The notes under the pieces were generated by a model. That model saw only the letters and a program-made list of their open reading frames with translations, made no database searches and was not told the DNA's origin. From a virus (Duplodnaviria; Caudoviricetes), in IMG/VR virus record IMGVR_UViG_3300031996_000191, positions 1 to 32,202 of that record: a stretch of 32,202 nt of DNA, one strand, 5' to 3'. A program made the translations under genes and the position numbers. Below, in pieces: positions 27,389-32,202 of the stretch. Each line of letters opens with the position of its first letter. Position 1 is the stretch's first letter.

Positions 27389-28751
27389 TGTCGTCGTCCT
27401 CGTCGTCTTCCGTAGGGGCCCAAAGATTTGAGCGTTTTTCTTGCGATTGCACCAACCGGTCTAGCTCGGCCTGAAACTGATCCTCTGTCATCTCGCGCTC
27501 AATAAAGACGTTCGCCGCAACCTCTGAGGTTTTCGATGCCTTTATGACGGAGTTGATCGAATCCATCCGTTCACGCAAAGTTGCCGCCCGTCCCTCATCG
27601 TTAGGGCCCACCACGAATTGCACTCGTGTAGGGGCCTGGCTCTTAGAATCCTGCCTAGCGAACCGGGCGATAAATTGCACGATCTCGTCAACAGCCGTGG
27701 TCCATTCAACGACCAGGGCGGTTTTTTGAAAACTGAGAGAGATACCCTCCTTGAGCGCATGGGTGGTCCCCACGATCAAAGAAGACGGCAGCTTCGCAGA
27801 TGTTTGCAAAATGTCGTTTCGGGCAGGGGTAGAGATACTGCCGTCAATGTGAAAGGGCTCAACGCTTTTGTGTTTTGCACGGATCGCAGCGACAATATCC
27901 CGCGCCGTCTGTCGAAGGTGTGTGTAGATACCTATGTGGGCAGATTCGTCTTTTACGCTCTCGTACCAGTCCATGGCAGCTTTGACAGGATTGGGCGCTT
28001 GGTCGAAATACAGCGGCTCGACAAAAAGCGGCGGCAAAAACTCAGCGAAATCCTTTTGCACAATACGAAAGGAAATCTTTGAAAACTCCTCCTCAAGCTT
28101 TGAGCGCATGTCCTGCTTCAAACCGAAGAAACTCCGGCCGTGGCTGTTTTGCTCGGTCTCACAGTATTTCCAAAGAAAACTCCAAGCCTCGCTGCCCACC
28201 TCAGTACGCTCACCCCAAAGGTTCGGGAAGAAAATATCTACCGGGTTCCAAAGTTGTTTCGCTTCATTCGGAATCGGCGTGCCGGACAAACCCAGGGCCC
28301 AAGCCTCAGGATTCGCTTTGAAGAGCTTGAGCACGTTTTTTGACTGCGCGGATCGGGGAGCACGCAAATTGTGAAACTCGTCCACAATGATCATGTCCCA
28401 GCCATGCGGATCGATTTCCTTCAAAAGATCGTAAGACACCACCTGTACGGGCGCAGCGTAGGCCGCCGCACGAACCGAAGCTTTGTCCTCGGGGAGCTTT
28501 CGTTTGCGCCCCCATTCGATTACGCCAAGCTTTGCCTCAGGCCAATGGGTTTGCAATTCCCGGCGCCAGTTCTCACGGATCAAAGCAGGAGCGATGATCA
28601 GCACCTTCTGCCTGTTGTAAGCCTTGGCAATTGAAATGGCCCCAAGGGTCTTACCAGCACCCATATCCCATGGCAGGAAATATCGGCGTGGCTCGGGCAG
28701 GCTTTCAAAGATTTCAACGGCCCTTGTTTGATACCATCTCAGCGCAGCCAT
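27381..28751 (-). CDS. SNF2-like superfamily 2 helicase
   Basis: DMGAGKT, IIVDEFH, LSGTP, EGISL, Q...RFAR motifs. Confidence 0.9.
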   Translation of the reverse strand: MAALRWYQTRAVEIFESLPEPRRYFLPWDMGAGKTLGAISIAKAYNRQKVLIIAPALIRENWRRELQTHWPEAKLGVIEWGRKRKLPEDKASVRAAAYAAPVQVVSYDLLKEIDPHGWDMIIVDEFHNLRAPRSAQSKNVLKLFKANPEAWALGLSGTPIPNEAKQLWNPVDIFFPNLWGERTEVGSEAWSFLWKYCETEQNSHGRSFFGLKQDMRSKLEEEFSKISFRIVQKDFAEFLPPLFVEPLYFDQAPNPVKAAMDWYESVKDESAHIGIYTHLRQTARDIVAAIRAKHKSVEPFHIDGSISTPARNDILQTSAKLPSSLIVGTTHALKEGISLSFQKTALVVEWTTAVDEIVQFIARFARQDSKSQAPTRVQFVVGPNDEGRAATLRERMDSINSVIKASKTSEVAANVFIEREMTEDQFQAELDRLVQSQEKRSNLWAPTEDDEDDDND

Positions 28752-28822
28752 TCGGTGGCCCCCCTTCGTTGAAAAGAATTTGGATCAAAAAGAATCCGGC
28801 CGTCAACATACTTAGGTGTTTT

Positions 28823-29509
28823 TTATTCTGAGACGGGTACCATGGAAGCCAGAAAACTGTCCGTACGGACGCCCCAGACCATGTTCTCGGCCTCAAATTT
28901 ATTTTGGCTCGAATTTTTCGACAGCCCATTTAAGTTTCCGGACAGGGCTTGAATGGTAGAGAGGCGGGCTTCGATCCGGGAGTGTCCGCTGTCAGTCCAC
29001 TCCACATTATAGGCCGCATCGGCAATTAGGGCAGAAGTGACCATCGTGACCTCAAAGCCTGCCGCCAGCCGATCCTTGATCATTCGGGTACAAGCGGGGG
29101 ATCTTTGGCTTAAGTAGGTGGCCACGATCCAATCGTTGATTTCGACCAATTTGGCGTTTTTGAGCATTACAGTAACTTTATTGGTAGTATTGGCACCTAC
29201 CCTGCCAGCTATCCTGCCCATGGCGTCAGCATCTAAATCAAACTCTTTAGATACTATATTCTCAATAAACGTCGGAATTGTGTCGCTCTCCAAGGTTCTG
29301 AAATCCGGGCCCAAAGATTGCTCAGGTGTGCAAATAATCCCAACCTCGAAGTTTTTGCTTTTTTTCTTAAAAATGATGGCTCCGGGCTTTAACAGACGCG
29401 ATGGGGGTGTAAGCGGGATATACCCATACATTCGCAAAGCAGCGTCCATACCGGTACAGCTAGAGAGGGATAGGAGAAACATAAAGCCCAGGGCTGAACG
29501 AACAGACAA
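28823..29509 (-). CDS. Lipoprotein with gasdermin-like pore-domain signature
   Basis: TTG start, AGGA RBS, lipobox LSS-C; ordered motifs resemble bacterial gasdermins (see findings). Confidence 0.6.
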   Translation of the reverse strand: MSVRSALGFMFLLSLSSCTGMDAALRMYGYIPLTPPSRLLKPGAIIFKKKSKNFEVGIICTPEQSLGPDFRTLESDTIPTFIENIVSKEFDLDADAMGRIAGRVGANTTNKVTVMLKNAKLVEINDWIVATYLSQRSPACTRMIKDRLAAGFEVTMVTSALIADAAYNVEWTDSGHSRIEARLSTIQALSGNLNGLSKNSSQNKFEAENMVWGVRTDSFLASMVPVSE

Positions 29510-29517
29510 TTTTTATT

Positions 29518-29575
29518 CCTAGTTTGAAACATAACATTAAGCGGACACAACAATTGTGCCCTGAGACAAACTAGG
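29518..29575 (-). promoter_or_regulatory. 5' leader hairpin occluding the SD of 28823-29509
   Basis: Perfect inverted repeat CCTAGTTTG (29518-29526) / CAAACTAGG (29567-29575); inner stem 29543-29550 / 29554-29561. Confidence 0.55.
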
Positions 29576-29643
29576 CTGCTACAAAAGTTTTCAGGTATTG
29601 ATCAGCGTTTTTTTTGGGGCAAGGAGAAAATGCTTTCGGTAGG

Positions 29644-29921
29644 CTCAAGCCAGGTACTGAGCCATTTTCGTGGGCAAACTGAGCCATGACGCGATGCTCG
29701 CGTCTCTAATGACGCACCGCTAAGCCCTTATAGCCATTCTAAACCGGGTTTCTGATAAGAGCATCGGCCTTCTAAGCCGGTGGTCGCTGGTTCGAGTCCA
29801 GCCGGGCGCGCCACTTAAAACCCCTTATAATACATATCTCAGGCGATTCTAGGCTGTTTAAGATTTGCGTCATTTTTGACGCGCCGCCGAAAATACCCCT
29901 TGGAAGCCACAGACTGAGCCA
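29644..29921. other. Phage attachment site (attP-like) with arm repeats
   Basis: ACTGAGCCA at 29656, 29678, 29913; AAGCCA-N3-ACTGAGCCA on both sides of the core; GCGTC-N6-GACGC at 29700 and 29867; integrase adjacent. Confidence 0.75.
29758..29813 (+). tRNA. 3' fragment of tRNA-Arg(UCU), att core (not a complete tRNA)
   Basis: AGAGC, anticodon arm TCGGC-CTTCTAA-GCCGG, T arm GCTGG-TTCGAGT-CCAGC, CGGGCGC-G-CCA end; 5' acceptor strand absent. Confidence 0.85.
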
Positions 29922-30972
29922 GTTTCGAGGGGTTTTGGTCCATGCCAAAGGCAGCCCAGGCGATTAGGGCGGCTTTTGCCATGCGCTCTTCTTCCCAGTT
30001 TTGATACCGAATAGGCACGCCGGAATAGTGACCCAAGGCTAGCTGACTAGCCCAATGGTCTTCTTCCCCAACCGCCGAGGCAAAGGCCGCTCTAAAGTCC
30101 CTGCGCCCAAATTTAGGGGGGAGCCCGGCCTTCTTACAGGCTGCATGGTAGGCTTTTTTATGGTCTACATTAAGCGGCAGGGCCCGCTCTAGAATAGGCA
30201 AAAGCGAGAAGGGGACGCCCACATAACGATCTTGGTCCTCTACCCCTTTGATTACTTTCAGCCTACCTGCGCATCCCGGCATATCGTCTCTAGGCTCAAA
30301 ATGCTCAAAAAGGACGCTACCACCCTCTTCAGGCCGAATACCTGTACAGACCATAATCAGCGCCGTATCGAAGGCATGGCCCGATAGATATGAAATGATC
30401 GAAAACATTTGTTTGCTAGAGAAATCATTGCTCGCGCCCGGTTTCCCTTTGGTGCGTCCTTTCGGGATCTCTAGCTCCGGCCACGCCTCATCAGGTATGT
30501 TTGGCACACTTTTGCCAGATAGGCGGGCATGTTTCAAACCGCGCTTAAGCGTCGCTAAGTGTCGCCTAATCGTATCATCCGAAAATCTAGGGTTGCCTTG
30601 CTCATTTTTTTGTTTCCGGCAAAACAGCACATAGTCCTGCAAACTTGTATATGTAACGTCGCCAGGTGTTTTGAAGAACAGTTTGAGATTCTTCCAATGC
30701 GGGCCCGTTTGTGAATGAAAGTACCTATCCGAGCGTTTCTTTATTTCAGCGCGCTTATTATCAAAAACTTGCAGATCTTCTAGGGTAAGGCCAGCGTCCG
30801 CCTCAAACTTACTTTCGTACGCACGCCGCAAAAGCCAACCTTTCTCGGTCGCTTTCTTAATACTTGTCTCATGCGTGTCCAACGTCACGCGGCGGGATTT
30901 CTCTTCTCCCGGATGCAAAAAACTAAATCTAACGTGTAGGGTATGGCACCCCGGTTTCGGAAAAGGTTTCAT
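29839..30972 (-). CDS. int: Tyrosine integrase
   Basis: TGIRPEE, K, RDFR (in place of HxxR), LGH, RY; transcribed toward the att core. Confidence 0.88.
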   Translation of the reverse strand: MKPFPKPGCHTLHVRFSFLHPGEEKSRRVTLDTHETSIKKATEKGWLLRRAYESKFEADAGLTLEDLQVFDNKRAEIKKRSDRYFHSQTGPHWKNLKLFFKTPGDVTYTSLQDYVLFCRKQKNEQGNPRFSDDTIRRHLATLKRGLKHARLSGKSVPNIPDEAWPELEIPKGRTKGKPGASNDFSSKQMFSIISYLSGHAFDTALIMVCTGIRPEEGGSVLFEHFEPRDDMPGCAGRLKVIKGVEDQDRYVGVPFSLLPILERALPLNVDHKKAYHAACKKAGLPPKFGRRDFRAAFASAVGEEDHWASQLALGHYSGVPIRYQNWEEERMAKAALIAWAAFGMDQNPSKLAQSVASKGYFRRRVKNDANLKQPRIA

Positions 30973-31379
30973 TTAACCTCACTTTTAATCTTAGCTAGCC
31001 AGTCCTTATCATAAACCCATTTTAGCTCCCGATGGGTAGGTCTCCAAGGTTCGGCATAATGTTTCAGCAATTGCTCCGTTCCCCCATGGAACGCCTTGTT
31101 TGTGTCACCGCTGATTTTTCCGATACGATTCACAAAAGCCTCCAAAAAAGAAATCGCTTCGGCAAACTGTGAAATATCCTTCTCTTTGATCAGACGGCTA
31201 GGCGGATGCTTCTCAACGTCCAACAGCCACCCTCTCGCTGTTTCTAGCTTAACGAGATATTCCCCTAGATCGTCGATCAAGTTATGCAACATCATAAAGA
31301 TCTCACGGTTGCCTTCACAATCGAAATCCCGCTTCGAAAACCATTTTTCGTTCTCTTCTCTCATCCCTTTGATATCCAT
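30969..31379 (-). CDS. Hypothetical protein
   Basis: AGGAG RBS; ATGA overlap with int. Confidence 0.7.
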   Translation of the reverse strand: MDIKGMREENEKWFSKRDFDCEGNREIFMMLHNLIDDLGEYLVKLETARGWLLDVEKHPPSRLIKEKDISQFAEAISFLEAFVNRIGKISGDTNKAFHGGTEQLLKHYAEPWRPTHRELKWVYDKDWLAKIKSEVK

Positions 31380-31390
31380 AGCATACTCCT

Positions 31391-31422
31391 AAAATAAAGC
31401 GGGCCCCTATGGCAGCGGGCCC
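31391..31422 (-). terminator. Possible terminator hairpin
   Basis: Minus strand GGGCCC-N10-GGGCCC-GC-TTTATTTT. Confidence 0.35.
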
Positions 31423-31445
31423 ATTTTGAAACTTAACACGACAAG

Positions 31446-31712
31446 TTAATTTGATTTACTTTCATTCGAGCTTTTTTTGTGTAGTTTGAAAGGCTCGCCC
31501 TCATTGTCTCTCGCTCCTTCAAGTTTACCTAAAGCTTCGCCCATTGCCACAATCGTCCTCAAAAGATCCTTACAGCAATTCTCTACGAGAGTGAGCGCCG
31601 CTGTACAACCGGGATCGTTTTTTATGTGTTCATTGTTTCTGAGCACAAAAAAGCATTGCTCTAGAATCTCAGCCATTTCTTCTAGACCTACAAGTTTCTC
31701 AGACATCTTCAA
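31446..31712 (-). CDS. Hypothetical protein
   Basis: 88-aa ORF coupled to the upstream recombinase stop; start 31712 or 31706. Confidence 0.6.
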   Translation of the reverse strand: MKMSEKLVGLEEMAEILEQCFFVLRNNEHIKNDPGCTAALTLVENCCKDLLRTIVAMGEALGKLEGARDNEGEPFKLHKKSSNESKSN

Positions 31713-32202
31713 AACCCCATCGCTGTAGCTAAAACTGCCACAGCGTCTTTGTTTCTCTCTTGTGATAGGTGAGCATACCGCTCCGTCATTTTCAGGCTTT
31801 TGTGGCCCAATAGACGGGATACGGTAAGAAGCGGCACGCCAGATGTAACTAGAGCCGATGCAAACGTATGTCGCAAACTATGCCAACCGATATCATACAG
31901 ACCGGCACGGTCTACGATTCGTTTCATTGCCGAGTATGCGCCTTGATAAGACATACTGAAAACCCGGCCTTCCCTATGGGCAATAGACTTAAACACAGCC
32001 GCCGCCATAGGATTAAGCGCAACGTCCCTAGACTGTCCGTTCTTAACTTTCTTTAGCTTCCCGGTCTCACGGCACACAGATGCACAAACGTTGACCTTTC
32101 GCACGGAGCCGTTAAGATTAACGTCTTTCCAGTCTAGAGCCAACATTTCACTAATCCGCATACCAGTATTGAGGCCAATCAAAATCATTTGTTTCCATTC
32201 GA
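31709..32202 (-). CDS. Second tyrosine recombinase, C-terminal part (truncated by window edge)
   Basis: TGMRISE, KNG, HSLRHTFAS, LLGH, RYAHL; frame open to the window end. Confidence 0.92.
   Translation of the reverse strand, partial: EWKQMILIGLNTGMRISEMLALDWKDVNLNGSVRKVNVCASVCRETGKLKKVKNGQSRDVALNPMAAAVFKSIAHREGRVFSMSYQGAYSAMKRIVDRAGLYDIGWHSLRHTFASALVTSGVPLLTVSRLLGHKSLKMTERYAHLSQERNKDAVAVLATAMGF

Larger units (their letters stand above)
1..32202. mobile_element. Temperate podovirus-like phage genome segment
   Basis: Order terL-portal-scaffold-capsid-adaptor-nozzle-ejection proteins-fibre-lysin; convergent replication module; tRNA-derived att core and integrases; no tape measure or sheath; no host housekeeping genes. 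Confidence 0.93.

Noticed and set aside
29738-29813. Complete functional tRNA-Arg gene
   Set aside because: The 5' acceptor strand (expected GCGCCCG) and 5' D-stem are missing

Overview
The whole window looks like part of a temperate, short-tailed (podovirus-like) dsDNA phage. The + strand (1248-20957) carries a GNAT acetyltransferase, terminase large subunit, an AT-hook protein, portal, scaffold, major capsid, adaptor/nozzle, ejection proteins, tail fibre and an amidase endolysin. A bidirectional terminator at about 20964-20988 separates this from a - strand replication module. That module has a SNF2-like helicase, Cas4-like nuclease, Sak4-like ATPase, SSB-like protein and a family A DNA polymerase split into separate UDG-like/exonuclease and polymerase genes. 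Next come an intact-looking attP (the 3' part of tRNA-Arg(UCU) with arm repeats on both sides) and two tyrosine recombinases. The most striking item is the gene beside attP (28823-29509). By visual motif comparison it resembles a bacterial gasdermin pore domain, but it has a lipoprotein signal peptide, little or no C-terminal inhibitory peptide, no adjacent protease and a leader hairpin over its Shine-Dalgarno. All family calls are from motif recognition by eye; no searches were run. No primase, repressor or clear terminase small subunit was seen, so the genome probably extends beyond the window.
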